DNA of 64,000 bases from Legionellales bacterium (GTDB taxonomy: Bacteria; Pseudomonadota; Gammaproteobacteria; JAHCLG01): positions 29,782 to 93,781 of the forward strand of contig JAHCLG010000004.1 of the NCBI GenBank assembly GCA_026125385.1, written 5' to 3'. Positions 40,861-52,721 of this stretch are shown in pieces. Within the stretch, counting starts at the first letter, position 1, and each line of letters begins with the position of its first letter. The translations under genes were made by a program, and so were the position numbers. The notes under the pieces are model-generated. The model was given only the letters and a program-made list of their open reading frames with translations. It had not been told where the DNA came from and searched no databases.

Positions 40861-41334
40861 TTATTCTTGATGTTCTTGATGATTCAACGCAATTTCAACT
40901 TGCTCTTGCACGCGACGACGAAATTCTAAGGGTTTTTCAATTAATGAATAACGATCGCGCGTGCCTCCCGTACCACACACAATAATCGTACCATAATTAA
41001 AAATACGTCCTAAAATTCCCTGATCAACTTGAATGCCTTCAATTTTTTGTAAAAATGTTTCGACCGATTGACGACGAATAAAACCAATTTTAACTAAAAC
41101 GCGTTTATTGGTGAGGGCAAATTCAGAAGTGGTATAGCGGATCAGTGATTTTAGAAAATCATAAATCGCGACTATAAAGGTAATAATTCCAATCAATGCT
41201 AAGAGCTTATGCAAAGAAACTAATATTAAAGTAAGTGCTAACCAAATACACGCGGTGAAAAAAATAATTTTATGTGTTTTAGCGCGATACAACACATGTT
41301 CACTGACTAATAAATTATTATCAATATAACTCAT
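40861..41334 (-). CDS. YdbS/YdbT-like membrane protein with bacterial PH (bPH_2) domain
   Basis: Two N-terminal TM helices then the FALTNKRVLVKIG...TIIV pattern. Immediately downstream of parC. Confidence 0.6.
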   Translation of the reverse strand: MSYIDNNLLVSEHVLYRAKTHKIIFFTACIWLALTLILVSLHKLLALIGIITFIVAIYDFLKSLIRYTTSEFALTNKRVLVKIGFIRRQSVETFLQKIEGIQVDQGILGRIFNYGTIIVCGTGGTRDRYSLIEKPLEFRRRVQEQVEIALNHQEHQE

Positions 41335-41336
41335 AA

Positions 41337-43586
41337 TTACATACTCCCTACTTGTAATGAGTCTACTTTTTCAAAACCACGCGGTAATTTATGACCACGG
41401 CGTCCGCGCTCTCCATGATAATGTTCTAAATCACTTAATTTTAACGTTAGTTTACGTTTTCCAGCAAAGAGAGTTAATTTATCATTTTCACCCATAATGG
41501 CGATATCGCGTAAAAATTCTTCGCGAGATTTAGCGCGATCCGCTGGAATATTTATAATTTTATTACCTTTGCCTTTATTTAATTGTGGAAGTTCCGCTAC
41601 TGGGAAAACTAGCATCCTACCTTCGTTGGTGACACTGATTAAATAGTTTGCTTGAAAATCTTGAATGACGCGTGGTGGTAAAATTAAGCAGCCTTCTGGG
41701 GCTTTAATAATGGCTTTACCATTTTTATTTTTACAATATAATTCTTCGAGTTTAACAATAAATCCATATCCAGCATCACTGGCTAATACAATTAATTGTT
41801 CACTACTACCACTGATCATGCCTACAAATTCTGCGCCTAGAGGAGGGGATAAACGTTTCGTTAAAGGTTCGCCCTGACCGCGCGCTGACGGTAACATGTG
41901 ATTAGGAATAGAATAAGAACGACCCGTAGTATCGATATAAACAGATTGTTCATTGCTTTTAGCCAGGGCGCTGATTAAAAACTCATCTCCAGCTTTATAA
42001 CTTAATTTAGTGGGATCAATATCATGGCCTTTAGCAGAACGCACCCAACCTTTTTTGGATAAGACAATGGTAACAGGTTCAGTAGGGATTACTTCAATGT
42101 CATTTAATGCTTGTGCTTGTTCGCGTTCGACAATCGGCGTGCGTCGTTTATCGCCATGTTCAGCAATATCCGCTTCGATTTCCGATTTAATTAATGCAGT
42201 TAACCGTTGCGCTGATTTTAAGGTGTTTTCTAAGGTATCGCGTTCTGCACTGAGTTCTTGTTGTTCCGCGCGAATTTTAATTTCTTCGAGTTTGGCTAAT
42301 TGCCGTAATTTAATTTCTAGAATCGCTTCTGCTTGACGTTCGCTTAAATGATATTTTTTTATCAATGCCTGTTTGGGATCGTCTTCCGTGCGGATAATAT
42401 GAATCACTTCATCAATATTTAAAAAAGCAATTAGTAAACCATCTAATACGTGTAAGCGATCTAAAACTTTATGTAAGCGATGTTGTAAACGGCGTTTGAC
42501 GGTTTCTTTACGAAACTCGAGCCATTCTTGAATGATTTGTAATAAATTTTTTACTTGTGGCCGACCATTTAATCCGATGACATTAAAATTAACGCGATAA
42601 GTGCGCTCTAAATCGGTGGTAGCAAAGAGATGCGCCATTAATTTTTCGATATCGACTTTATTATTGCGGGGCTCAATCACTAAACGCGTGGGATTTTCAT
42701 GATCGGATTCATCGCGTAAATCTTCGACCATGGGTAATTTTTTCGCCTGCATTTGTTGGGCGATTTGTTCCATGATTTTATTACCCGAGACTTGATGCGG
42801 TAAGGCAGTGATTACAATGGCATCGTCTTCTAAGGCATAAACGGCGCGCATGCGAATACTACCATTACCCGTTTTATAAAGTTGTTTTATATCGGCTTTA
42901 GAGGTAATGATTTCTGCGGAAGTAGGATAATCGGGGCCTTTAATAATTTTGGTAATATCACTTAAGACAGCTTGCGGATTTTCTAAGACATAAATACAGG
43001 CTTTGCCGACTTCGGTTAAATTATGCGGTGGAATGTCGGTAGCCATGCCCACGGCGATGCCGGTGGTTGGATTTAATAACACGTTGGGTAAGCGCGAGGG
43101 TAATACTTTGGGTTCGTCTAAGGTACCATCAAAATTCGCGGTAAAATCGACCGTGCCTTGATCGAGTTCGCTTAAGAGTACGCTAGCATAGTGCGATAAT
43201 TTTGCTTCCGTGTAACGCATGGCGGCGAACGATTTCGGATCATCTGGCGATCCCCAATTACCTTGACCAATAATTAAAGGGTAACGATAGGTAAATGATT
43301 GCGCCATAATCACCATGGCTTCATAACACGCACTGTCGCCATGAGGATGAAATTTACCTAAGACATCTCCGACGGTGCGCGCTGATTTTTTAAATTTTGC
43401 ACTGGCCTTTAAGCCGAGCTCGCTCATGGCATAGACAATTCGACGTTGTACGGGTTTTAAGCCATCGCCAATGTGTGGCAGCGCGCGATCTAAAATCACA
43501 TACATTGAATAATCAAGATAGGCTTTTTCAGTAAATAATTTTAAGGGAATATTTTCTACAGTATCATTAAATTCAACCATGCTCAT
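41337..43586 (-). CDS. parC: DNA topoisomerase IV subunit A
   Basis: GyrA/ParC catalytic Tyr region ([10 protein letters not shown]), DGLKPVQRR; follows parE. The start is re-set to ATG 43584-43586 with an AGGAAA SD. Confidence 0.9.
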   Translation of the reverse strand: MSMVEFNDTVENIPLKLFTEKAYLDYSMYVILDRALPHIGDGLKPVQRRIVYAMSELGLKASAKFKKSARTVGDVLGKFHPHGDSACYEAMVIMAQSFTYRYPLIIGQGNWGSPDDPKSFAAMRYTEAKLSHYASVLLSELDQGTVDFTANFDGTLDEPKVLPSRLPNVLLNPTTGIAVGMATDIPPHNLTEVGKACIYVLENPQAVLSDITKIIKGPDYPTSAEIITSKADIKQLYKTGNGSIRMRAVYALEDDAIVITALPHQVSGNKIMEQIAQQMQAKKLPMVEDLRDESDHENPTRLVIEPRNNKVDIEKLMAHLFATTDLERTYRVNFNVIGLNGRPQVKNLLQIIQEWLEFRKETVKRRLQHRLHKVLDRLHVLDGLLIAFLNIDEVIHIIRTEDDPKQALIKKYHLSERQAEAILEIKLRQLAKLEEIKIRAEQQELSAERDTLENTLKSAQRLTALIKSEIEADIAEHGDKRRTPIVEREQAQALNDIEVIPTEPVTIVLSKKGWVRSAKGHDIDPTKLSYKAGDEFLISALAKSNEQSVYIDTTGRSYSIPNHMLPSARGQGEPLTKRLSPPLGAEFVGMISGSSEQLIVLASDAGYGFIVKLEELYCKNKNGKAIIKAPEGCLILPPRVIQDFQANYLISVTNEGRMLVFPVAELPQLNKGKGNKIINIPADRAKSREEFLRDIAIMGENDKLTLFAGKRKLTLKLSDLEHYHGERGRRGHKLPRGFEKVDSLQVGSM

Positions 43587-43600
43587 ACATTCATTTCCTG

Positions 43601-45490
43601 TTAAACTTCGGCTAAATCGCCTTTGGTTTCTAACCAATTTTTACGATCATTGGCGCGTTTTTTGGCTAATAACATATCCATCATTTGCTGGGTATCATCA
43701 CCCTGTTCTAGCGTTAGACGCATTAAACGGCGAGTGTCTGGAGACATTGTGGTTTCGCGCAATTGTTGAGGATTCATTTCACCTAATCCTTTGAAACGTT
43801 GCACACTGATTTTTCCTTTTTTATGTTCAGCGGCAATGCGATCGAGGATGCCTTGTTTCTCGGCATCGTCTAAGGCGTAAAAAACTTCTTTACCGAGATC
43901 GATGCGATAAAGCGGTGGCATGGCAATAAATACATGACCGGCTTCTACGAGTGCGCGAAAATGTCGCATGAAGAGGGCACATAATAACGTTGCAATGTGT
44001 GAGCCGTCGGAATCGGCATCGGCTAAAATACAAATTTTTCCATAACGCAAAGACGATAAATCGCTAGCACCTGGTTCTAAACCAATGGCGATAGAAATAT
44101 CTTGAATTTCTTGCGAGCTTAAAATTTGATTGGAATCGACTTCCCAAGTATTCAAAATTTTTCCGCGTAACGGCATGATGGCTTGGGTTTCGCGATCGCG
44201 GGCTTGTTTGGCAGAGCCGCCTGCCGAATCACCTTCCACCAGAAATAATTCGCCACGCATGGGATCTTGGCTCACACAATCGGCTAATTTTCCGGGTAAT
44301 GCAGGACCACTGGCAATTTTTTTACGTTCGATTTTTTTGGCTAATTTTAAACGTTTTTGCGCATTGTGAATGGCCATTTCTGCAATACTTTCACCAATGC
44401 TGGCGTGTTGATTTAACCATAAACTAAAAGCATCTTTCGTCACACCGGAAACAAAGGCTGCGCATTCGCGTGAGGATAAGCGTTCTTTGGTTTGTCCCGC
44501 AAATTGCGGATCGAGTAATTTAACAGCTAATATATAGCAACAATTATCCCAAATATCTTCCGCGGTAATTTTTACTCCGCGAGGCAATAAATTGCGGAGT
44601 TCACAAAATTCACGAATGGCTTCGAGTACGCCAGTGCGTAATCCATTGACATGGGTGCCACCTTGCGGCGTGGGAATGGTATTAACATAACTTTCGGCGA
44701 TCACTTCACCGCCTTCAGGTAACCATAAGACAGCCCATTCAGCACATTCATTATTACTGGTAAAATTGCCAATAAATGGCTCTTCGGGAATTTTTAGAAA
44801 ATTACCTAAACTATTGATTAAATATTCACCGACACCATTTTCAAAATACCACTCTTCTTGTTCTTGATTAATTTTATCGGTTAAAGAAATGCGTAAACCT
44901 GGACATAAAACCGCTTTGGCGCGTAAATAATGTTTAAAGCGTGAGAGCGAAAATTTTACGGTATCGAAAAATTGAGGATCAGGCCAAAAACGAATGGTGG
45001 TGCCATTATCGCGTTTAGTAGTGGTACCCGTTTCTTTTAATTTTCCCGTTTTTTCACCTTGGGCAAAACTCATCGTGTAAATTTTTCCCTGTTTACGCAC
45101 GGTGACATCTAAGCGCAGGGACAAGGCATTCACTACCGAAACCCCAACACCATGTAAACCGCCCGAAAACCGATAGTTTTCGTTAGAGAATTTCGCTCCA
45201 GAATGAAGACGAGTTAAGATTAATTCGACACCCGATACTTTGTGTTTAGGATGAATATCGACGGGCATGCCGCGTCCATCATCGCTGACTTCTAACGAAC
45301 CATCTTCGTGTAAAGTCACTTGAATGTGTTTAGCAAAACCACTCATGGCTTCATCCACACTGTTATCGACGACTTCATGGGCAAGATGATTGGGGCGCGA
45401 GGTATCGGTATACATCCCCGGGCGTTTGCGCACCGGTTCTAAGCCACTTAAGACCTCAATAGATTCCGCATTATAAGTAGTTGTGCTCAT
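43601..45490 (-). CDS. parE: DNA topoisomerase IV subunit B
   Basis: GHKL ATPase, TOPRIM and EGDSAGGS motifs. 629 aa (ParE size, no GyrB insert). Confidence 0.9.
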   Translation of the reverse strand: MSTTTYNAESIEVLSGLEPVRKRPGMYTDTSRPNHLAHEVVDNSVDEAMSGFAKHIQVTLHEDGSLEVSDDGRGMPVDIHPKHKVSGVELILTRLHSGAKFSNENYRFSGGLHGVGVSVVNALSLRLDVTVRKQGKIYTMSFAQGEKTGKLKETGTTTKRDNGTTIRFWPDPQFFDTVKFSLSRFKHYLRAKAVLCPGLRISLTDKINQEQEEWYFENGVGEYLINSLGNFLKIPEEPFIGNFTSNNECAEWAVLWLPEGGEVIAESYVNTIPTPQGGTHVNGLRTGVLEAIREFCELRNLLPRGVKITAEDIWDNCCYILAVKLLDPQFAGQTKERLSSRECAAFVSGVTKDAFSLWLNQHASIGESIAEMAIHNAQKRLKLAKKIERKKIASGPALPGKLADCVSQDPMRGELFLVEGDSAGGSAKQARDRETQAIMPLRGKILNTWEVDSNQILSSQEIQDISIAIGLEPGASDLSSLRYGKICILADADSDGSHIATLLCALFMRHFRALVEAGHVFIAMPPLYRIDLGKEVFYALDDAEKQGILDRIAAEHKKGKISVQRFKGLGEMNPQQLRETTMSPDTRRLMRLTLEQGDDTQQMMDMLLAKKRANDRKNWLETKGDLAEV

Positions 45491-45691
45491 AGAATTTAGA
45501 TTTCAGGATGAGAAAAAACGTATTCTAACAACCGTGGGAAGAAATAAGCAATTTTATTCGTTTGCTAAATGCTCGGGGGGATAATCTCTTATTTACCGAC
45601 TATCGTACAGAAAAAAGTGCGGTTAGCTCTTGCGCTGTCGGCAAAATCCCTCTACACTACGGCTTAATTGAGTAGACAGCTATAAGTCTAT

Positions 45692-46957
45692 ATGCCAGCA
45701 CAAAACTTAACACAATGGCTTCACTATATTAAAGCCATGCATCCAACCACAATCGACCTAGGTTTGGATCGAATTAAAGCCGTTGCCGAACGCTTGAAGG
45801 TAACTCGTTTTAATTGTCCAGTGATAATGGTAACCGGCACCAACGGTAAAGGCTCCACGGTGACGAGTTTACGTTCGATTTATCACGCCGCAGGGTATCG
45901 CACCGGTAGTTTTACGTCACCGGAATTATTACGTTATACCGATCAAATCCTGCTGAATAACCAAGAGGTGAGCGAGTCCGCATTGTGTTCGGCATTCGCG
46001 TCAATCGAAGTGGCGCGTGGCGCGATAACGCTTACGCCGTTTGAATTTTTAACCTTGGGCGCACTGTGGTTATTTCAGCAAACACCGTTAGATATTGTTT
46101 TGCTGGAAGTGGGAATGGGCGGGCGCGACGATGCGGTGAATATTGTCGATGCCGATATCGCCATTATTACCACAGTCTCGTTAGAACATCAGCAATGGTT
46201 AGGCGATAGCATTGAAGCTATAGCAGAACATAAAGCGGGCATTATGCGCGCAGAGAAACCGGTTATTTGTGGCATGCCAGCACCGCCACATGCCATTCTA
46301 AGCCAAGCGCAACGTTTAAAAGCACCGTTGTATCGTTTAGGGAAAGAGTTTTCTTATGACATGGCCAATGAAAATTGGCGATGGAATTTGGGGGAAGTTT
46401 GTAAATTTTGTCAATTGCCGTTTTGCCGTCTCGACTTGGATAATGTCGCGATCGCATTAATGGCAATCACTATTTTAGAGGATACTATGAACGTTAATAA
46501 ACCAGCCATTTATCAAGGAATTCAAGCAGCAGAATTACCAGGAAGGTTTCAGGTGATGGATGATGAAGTGACTACCGTATTTGATGTCGCGCATAATCCA
46601 CAATCGTGTGAAAATTTAATGCAAAAAGTAAAACAAAATTTTCCCAATAAACGCATTCGTGCGGTCGTGGGAATGCTAAAAGATAAAGACATTCCCAAAT
46701 GTTTGAAGACTTTTCAACAACACGTGGTGAAATGGTATATCTCGGGTCTTGATGTTGAACGAGGAGCTTCCTGCGAAAAATTACAAAAAATCTTAAAACA
46801 ATTAGAGGTAGATGATTATCTCAGTTTCCCAAGCATAGAAGATGCACTCCAACACGCCAAAGACGATTGTGAAGACAATGAAATTGTTTTAGTTTTTGGT
46901 TCGTTTATTACCGTCGCTAAAGGTTTACACGCCAGCAAACACGAACATGCCGCATAA
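45692..46957 (+). CDS. folC: bifunctional folylpolyglutamate synthase/dihydrofolate synthase
   Basis: Mur-ligase fold with VTGTNGKGST P-loop. Confidence 0.85.
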   Translation: MPAQNLTQWLHYIKAMHPTTIDLGLDRIKAVAERLKVTRFNCPVIMVTGTNGKGSTVTSLRSIYHAAGYRTGSFTSPELLRYTDQILLNNQEVSESALCSAFASIEVARGAITLTPFEFLTLGALWLFQQTPLDIVLLEVGMGGRDDAVNIVDADIAIITTVSLEHQQWLGDSIEAIAEHKAGIMRAEKPVICGMPAPPHAILSQAQRLKAPLYRLGKEFSYDMANENWRWNLGEVCKFCQLPFCRLDLDNVAIALMAITILEDTMNVNKPAIYQGIQAAELPGRFQVMDDEVTTVFDVAHNPQSCENLMQKVKQNFPNKRIRAVVGMLKDKDIPKCLKTFQQHVVKWYISGLDVERGASCEKLQKILKQLEVDDYLSFPSIEDALQHAKDDCEDNEIVLVFGSFITVAKGLHASKHEHAA

Positions 46958-46969
46958 AAAGTTTAGAGG

Positions 46970-47012
46970 TTGTTGGGTTGAGGAGCACCGAAACCCAACA
47001 GCTTTATGCGCA
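46970..47012 (+). terminator. hairpin GTTGGGTT-(12 nt)-AACCCAAC downstream of folC
   Basis: Read at 46972-47000. No strong T-run follows, so the call is weak. Confidence 0.3.
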
Positions 47013-47168
47013 AATATCTGATACCCATTGCTCTAATATTCAATAACTTCCACACCCAAGCAAAGAAAACCCGTATCGTGAATTGTCATGGTTATATTAT
47101 CTATTCTTGCTTGATTTGTAACCACATTGTAGCATATAATTTACTATATACTATGGGAGTTTAAACAT

Positions 47169-47426
47169 ATGAAAAACAGTATTGTTAGGGCGCGTGTCAA
47201 CCAAGATTTAAAACAAGATGTTGATCATATTTTAGGAGATCTCGGTCTCACCATGTCCGACGCCATCAATGCCTTATTTAAGCAAATCAAATTACATAAT
47301 GGTTTACCCTTTGAAATTAAAGTGCCAAATAAGGTCACTCATAAAACATTACAAGAAAGTGCTAAAGGGAAAAATCTAAAATCATTTAATTCTATAAACG
47401 ATTTATTTAATGACTTGGAAAATTGA
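47169..47426 (+). CDS. dinJ: DinJ/RelB-family type II antitoxin
   Basis: Collinear with E. coli DinJ (VRARVNQDLKQDVDHILGDLGLTMSDAIN...LPFEIKVPN). Confidence 0.85.
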   Translation: MKNSIVRARVNQDLKQDVDHILGDLGLTMSDAINALFKQIKLHNGLPFEIKVPNKVTHKTLQESAKGKNLKSFNSINDLFNDLEN

Positions 47427-47431
47427 TTACG

Positions 47432-47701
47432 ATGCGGATTATTGAGCGTTCTAATCAGTTTAAAAAGGATTTTAAAAAAATAGTCAAACGGGGGAAAAAT
47501 ATCGAAAAAATAAAAACAGTAATTCAATTGCTAAGCTATGGCGAAAAACTTGCTGAGAAATATCGAGATCATTTTCTTGTTGGTCAATATAAAAATACTC
47601 GCGAGTGTCATATTGAGCCGGATTGGCTGCTGATTTATGTGCTAACTGAAACTACGTTGCGACTTGAGCGGACAGGGACGCATGCAGATTTATTTAATTA
47701 G
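47432..47701 (+). CDS. yafQ: YafQ/RelE-family type II toxin (mRNA interferase)
   Basis: Strong match to E. coli YafQ (HIEPDWLLIYVLTE...LRLERTGTHADLF). The ATG at 47432 is 5 nt after the dinJ stop. Confidence 0.85.
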   Translation: MRIIERSNQFKKDFKKIVKRGKNIEKIKTVIQLLSYGEKLAEKYRDHFLVGQYKNTRECHIEPDWLLIYVLTETTLRLERTGTHADLFN

Positions 47702-47955
47702 ATTAAGAGATAACGGGTTTTTTAATTTTAACTTCTCGGTAGTCATCTGCATATTGGCAACGCCTCATCACGCGCCTCATCAAGCATTTTTCAGGTGTTT
47801 TTATTTTTTATTTAAAAAATATGCATATGAAACATAAGCCAACAGATTACACCTGCTAGTAACTTTTTCCCTCATATTTCCAGTATGCTTGACTAACTCT
47901 TAATGTCATCCTCTTTGTTAAGATAATAATTAAATTATTGGCAAGGAGATTTTTT

Positions 47956-49143
47956 ATGTTTTTCAATTATTTGCAAAATAAACAAAAAAAAGAAGATATG
48001 CAAGAAGAGCAAGAGAAACTTAAAAATGAAAAAGCAGCCGAATTAAAAAAAATCGAAGAAACGTTAAATCAAATTACTCAACAAGACCCTATAAAATCCA
48101 AAAAATATTCTAAGATTATTAGTGATCTGCAGTTCAATAGTAATGATAATTATGATCAGTTTATGAAAAAATTATCAATATTATTAGACCAAAATGTTGC
48201 CGTAGATTACACCCTGGTTTGCTTGCTTGTGGATGCAATAAAGCCTTTGCATGAAAATCGTTTTTTTAAAATGATAAAAGCAAATTTATATCGATATTTA
48301 TTAACAAACTGGTTTATTAATGTAAGTCATCGATTAAATGAATCTTCAAACCCAGTTGTGATAAATTTATTCAGTGAAGCCTATAAAAATTACCAAGAGA
48401 TTCAAGAAGAGGTGCTTGAAATAATCAGTAAGTCGAAAAATGCACAACAACCTGAAAATGAAGATGAAGAAGAAGGTGTTCGACAAAATTGTTATAGTGA
48501 ACAGTATGAGTTATTGCACTGCTATTCAGGTCAATATTTTTTACTTTTGTATCGAGGCGATATTGATAATTCAATTTGTGCCCTTGCTAATTTTTCTGCA
48601 GATGATATCTCCAAACTGATTTCGATTATTAATGAAAACGAGCAGGTTGGAAATTGGCTTTCACAAGAGGCGATCAAAAAAATTAATTTACTTGCAAAAA
48701 AACCTAGTCAATCTCAACATACGCTTTTTTCTTATCTGGATGTAAAAGCTTTTCTGAAGTTGCTTCCGAATAGTACTCACCATGAGTTAAGAAGTAAATT
48801 GGTCTTAGATGAACTTTTAAGATTAGATTGTCAAATGGGAAAGCTGATAAATGCTTTAATTAATGATCCCACAGAGCAGCTATTTCCTAACGAGTTATTT
48901 ATTTATAAAGCAAATGATCCGAGACTTTCGGTAGAGTTAGCGTTTCACCCGGGTTTAAGACACTACTTGGTAAAAAACTATGAAGAAGCAAACACTCCAC
49001 TACAGCAGGCCGCAGAGGAGGCCTCCACAGAAAACGCTAAACATCCTAATGCCTATTCATTCAAGTTAATGGCAATGCAGAATGAGCAATATTTAGCAAT
49101 GCCTAAAATAACCAGTTCAAAGACACCTAAACCTAATTCTTAA
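47956..49143 (+). CDS. hypothetical protein, effector-like (no signal peptide, low-complexity K/E-rich N-terminus, acidic block near the C-terminus)
   Basis: ATG at 47956 with an AAGGAG SD. C-terminal LQQAAEEASTEN...KTPKPNS resembles the Glu-rich C-terminal signals of Dot/Icm substrates. No domain recognised. Confidence 0.5.
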   Translation: MFFNYLQNKQKKEDMQEEQEKLKNEKAAELKKIEETLNQITQQDPIKSKKYSKIISDLQFNSNDNYDQFMKKLSILLDQNVAVDYTLVCLLVDAIKPLHENRFFKMIKANLYRYLLTNWFINVSHRLNESSNPVVINLFSEAYKNYQEIQEEVLEIISKSKNAQQPENEDEEEGVRQNCYSEQYELLHCYSGQYFLLLYRGDIDNSICALANFSADDISKLISIINENEQVGNWLSQEAIKKINLLAKKPSQSQHTLFSYLDVKAFLKLLPNSTHHELRSKLVLDELLRLDCQMGKLINALINDPTEQLFPNELFIYKANDPRLSVELAFHPGLRHYLVKNYEEANTPLQQAAEEASTENAKHPNAYSFKLMAMQNEQYLAMPKITSSKTPKPNS

Positions 49144-49225
49144 ACAGGTTAACCTACATAAAAAACTCGCACTAAAGATTTGCTAATGTTATCCTTTTGC
49201 CAAGTTAACCCCATAGGACAATTCT

Positions 49226-51208
49226 GTGATCCGACTCGTGCGTTTAGGTTGGTTATTACTCTTCATTGCAAGCATTGCCTTGGCCGAAGTGCCAAGTCAT
49301 CCTCATCGCGATAATACCACGTTATGGAATTTGCGCGATGCCGATATTCACAGTGTGATTGCAGAAGTGGCGAAAGTCACCGGCAAAAATTTTATTGTGG
49401 ATCCCAGGGTGCAAGGTAAAGTGACCATTATTTCAGCCACCCCGCTCACGAAAGACGAAGTCTATCCCGTATTTTTATCGTTACTGCGCGTGAATGGTTA
49501 TGCCGCAATTCCAGATGGACATACCATCAAGATATTACCTATGATCAATGCGCTACAAGAAAATACGCCAGTTGGAAATACTCATTTACAACCTAAAGAC
49601 GCGATGGTAGTTAAAGTGATCGCGGTTAAAAATAAATCGGCAGAACAACTTGTTCCCGTGTTGCGTCCATTAATTCCACCGAGTTCAAGTTTAAGTGCCT
49701 ATTTACCCTCGAATTCGTTAATCGTTTCCGATACCGCCGCCAATATTGCGAAAATTACGCATTTAGTTCACGAGGTGGATACCGCCAATCAGAGTGGTGT
49801 TGATATTGTGCCATTGCAAAATGCGCTGGCTTCCGATGTGGTGAAAGAATTAGTGACGATGATGAATATGGCCAGTCCCGGCATGCCACAACTGGCTTTA
49901 GCGGCAGACGATCGCACGAATAGTATTATCATGAGCGGTAATATCACTCAGCGAGCGCGGGCACGATTATTAATTCAACAACTCGATGCGATTAATAGCA
50001 ATGGCGGAAGTGGTAATACGCAAGTCGTGTATTTGCATTATCAAACGGCTAAAAATTTAGTGCCGATTTTAGCGGGAATTGCCCAAGCGAGTTTTGGCGA
50101 AGATGCCACTCTCAATACTCATACTCAAAAAATTACCGACACCTCCGAAAAAAATAAACCCGAACAAGAAAGCATGAATGCGAGTATTAGTGCGAAAGGC
50201 AAACATGTGGAAATTGAATCTGATCCTTCCACTAATTCATTAATTATTTCTGCACCCAATAATGTGATGCGCACGTTACGCAGTGTGATTAATCGTCTCG
50301 ATTTGCGTCCAGCACAAGTGTTAGTGGAAGCAGCGATTGTGGAAATTGACGAAACGAAATTAAAACATTTAGGCATTCAATGGGGTACAAGCAAATTACC
50401 TGGTGATACTAATCCTGTTTTATCAAGCGATCCAGAATTTAGTCAACTCACCGGTGGCTTAGGGGTTGGTTTTATTCATAACGGCGATATGCGCGCAATG
50501 ATCACGGCGTTAGCACGCGATGGCTCCACTAATATTTTATCTACCCCCGATATCATCGTATTAGATAATCAAACGGCCGATATTAAAGTTGGGAAAAAAG
50601 TACCCTTTATTACTGGCTCCTATAGCACCGCAGCCGATGGTTCACTCAATAATCCTTATACCACCACCCAGCGTGAATATGTCGGACTCGAATTAAAAGT
50701 TACGCCACAAATTAATCAAGGTAATGCGGTAAAATTATTAATTCAACAAGGCAATGAATCGATAGTGGATGGATCATCTAGCAATCAAAATCCTAATCCA
50801 ATTACCGATGAAAGTGATATTAAAACTTCAGTGATTGTTAATAACGGTGAAATTCTCGTACTGGGTGGTTTAATGAGTAACCAAATGGTGGAAATTTTAC
50901 ATAAATTACCCATCTTAGGTGATATTCCTGGCGTGGGGTTACTTTTCCGTGATAAAGAACATGATATGGAGAAAAAAGATTTAATGGTATTTTTACGTCC
51001 GGTGATTTTACGCAATGATAATCAAAATATTAATGTCACCGATGGTAAATATGATTATATTCGCACACGCCAATTACAACAATTGGATCAATTTGGTTAC
51101 CCGCTTAATTATGGTGGACAACCCAGTATTTTACCGCCTTTGCACGGGCAAGCTCAATTACCTTCACCTTTTGTGAGGATGCCAATTCATGGTGATGGAA
51201 TTAACTGA
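49226..51208 (+). CDS. gspD: type II secretion system secretin GspD
   Basis: Signal peptide, N0-N3 domains, secretin domain (VIVNNGEILVLGGL...LPILGDIPGVGLLF). Confidence 0.9.
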   Translation: MIRLVRLGWLLLFIASIALAEVPSHPHRDNTTLWNLRDADIHSVIAEVAKVTGKNFIVDPRVQGKVTIISATPLTKDEVYPVFLSLLRVNGYAAIPDGHTIKILPMINALQENTPVGNTHLQPKDAMVVKVIAVKNKSAEQLVPVLRPLIPPSSSLSAYLPSNSLIVSDTAANIAKITHLVHEVDTANQSGVDIVPLQNALASDVVKELVTMMNMASPGMPQLALAADDRTNSIIMSGNITQRARARLLIQQLDAINSNGGSGNTQVVYLHYQTAKNLVPILAGIAQASFGEDATLNTHTQKITDTSEKNKPEQESMNASISAKGKHVEIESDPSTNSLIISAPNNVMRTLRSVINRLDLRPAQVLVEAAIVEIDETKLKHLGIQWGTSKLPGDTNPVLSSDPEFSQLTGGLGVGFIHNGDMRAMITALARDGSTNILSTPDIIVLDNQTADIKVGKKVPFITGSYSTAADGSLNNPYTTTQREYVGLELKVTPQINQGNAVKLLIQQGNESIVDGSSSNQNPNPITDESDIKTSVIVNNGEILVLGGLMSNQMVEILHKLPILGDIPGVGLLFRDKEHDMEKKDLMVFLRPVILRNDNQNINVTDGKYDYIRTRQLQQLDQFGYPLNYGGQPSILPPLHGQAQLPSPFVRMPIHGDGIN

Positions 51209-52721
51209 AACGCAATTGCAGGAATTAATTAATCACAGCGATTTAAATTATTTGCGCACGCACATGACCTATCAATTTGCTAAACAGCAAGGCGTGCTAA
51301 TATTGATGAACGCATTTAAACAATTATATGTTTTAATTCACGCCCACACCGATGCCGATGCCATTGCAGAAATTCGCCGGTATTTTAACCAAGAACTTCA
51401 CATATTTACACTATCATCTCAACGTTTTACCGAATTATTACCAAAACTTTTTGGGCATTCGAATGCCAAAGCCGCGGTAGAAAATTTAGAAGAAGATTTA
51501 GATTTAAATGATTTAGTTGAACATATTGCCGAAACAGCAGAACTCTTAGACGATCAAAACGATGCTCCCATCATTCGTTTAATGAATGCCTTATTTATCC
51601 AAGCCATAAAATCACAAGCATCCGATATTCATATCGAAACTTATGCGAAAAATATGATAGTGCGGTTTCGCATTGATGGAGTATTGCGCGATATTTTACA
51701 ACCTCGTCGTGCTTTAGCGCCTTTTGTAACATCGCGGATAAAAGTCATGGCCAAATTAGATATTGCGGAAAAACGTTTGCCCCAAGATGGTCGAATTAGT
51801 CTAAGCATTGGAGGTCATAATATTGATGTGCGAGTGTCGACATTACCTTCCAATGATGGTGAGAGAATTGTTCTGCGAATTCTCGACAAAAATACCATTC
51901 GCTTAGATTTAAATGATTTAGGGATGAATGGATCTCAATTAGATTTAATGAAAGAATTAATTCAAAAACCGCATGGCATTATTTTAGTGACTGGCCCTAC
52001 TGGCTCTGGAAAAACTACCACACTCTATGCGGTACTCAGCCAATTAAATGAAATTTCTCGCAATATTTTAACCGTAGAAGATCCGATTGAATTTGATTTA
52101 CCTGGCATTGGTCAAACGGCGGTGAACCCCAAAGTTGAAATGACTTTTGCGCGGGGTTTACGGGCAATTTTACGCCAAGATCCTGATGTGGTGATGGTGG
52201 GAGAAATTCGCGATGTCGAAACCGCAGAAATTGCCGTGCAAGCCAGTCTCACTGGACATTTAGTATTATCCACCTTGCACACCAATACTGCCATTGGTGC
52301 GATTACGCGATTACGCGATATGGGGATTGAACCATTTTTAATTGCTTCGAGTTTGGTGGGTGTGATTGCTCAACGCTTAATTCGTTTATTATGTCAGGCT
52401 TGCAAAGAAGCGTATCAACCTAGTGCAGAAGAATGTCAACTCTTAAACATTAAACCCACGCAATTACTGTATCGTGACGTTGGCTGTAAACAGTGCGATA
52501 ATTTAGGCTATCGCGGACGTGCGGCAATTTATGAAATTATTCCCATTGACGATACGTTAAAACAATCCATTCACGAAAACTATGGCGAACAACAAATGAT
52601 AAATACCATTCGTGAAACTTATCCAAGTTTGCTTACCAATGCTTATCAACAAGTGATTGCAGGTAATACTACTCTCACCGAAATTATTCGAGTCACAGGA
52701 ATGCAAGATGCCCGCATTTGA
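51189..52721 (+). CDS. gspE: type II secretion ATPase GspE
   Basis: Walker A GPTGSGKTT, Asp/His boxes and the tetracysteine motif (CQACK...CKQCDNLGYRGR). Confidence 0.9.
   Translation: MVMELTETQLQELINHSDLNYLRTHMTYQFAKQQGVLILMNAFKQLYVLIHAHTDADAIAEIRRYFNQELHIFTLSSQRFTELLPKLFGHSNAKAAVENLEEDLDLNDLVEHIAETAELLDDQNDAPIIRLMNALFIQAIKSQASDIHIETYAKNMIVRFRIDGVLRDILQPRRALAPFVTSRIKVMAKLDIAEKRLPQDGRISLSIGGHNIDVRVSTLPSNDGERIVLRILDKNTIRLDLNDLGMNGSQLDLMKELIQKPHGIILVTGPTGSGKTTTLYAVLSQLNEISRNILTVEDPIEFDLPGIGQTAVNPKVEMTFARGLRAILRQDPDVVMVGEIRDVETAEIAVQASLTGHLVLSTLHTNTAIGAITRLRDMGIEPFLIASSLVGVIAQRLIRLLCQACKEAYQPSAEECQLLNIKPTQLLYRDVGCKQCDNLGYRGRAAIYEIIPIDDTLKQSIHENYGEQQMINTIRETYPSLLTNAYQQVIAGNTTLTEIIRVTGMQDARI

Noticed and set aside
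50125-51015. Two minus-strand ORFs (83 aa and 76 aa) inside gspD
   Set aside because: They are antisense ORFs within a strongly supported secretin gene. Such ORFs are a typical AT-rich artefact.
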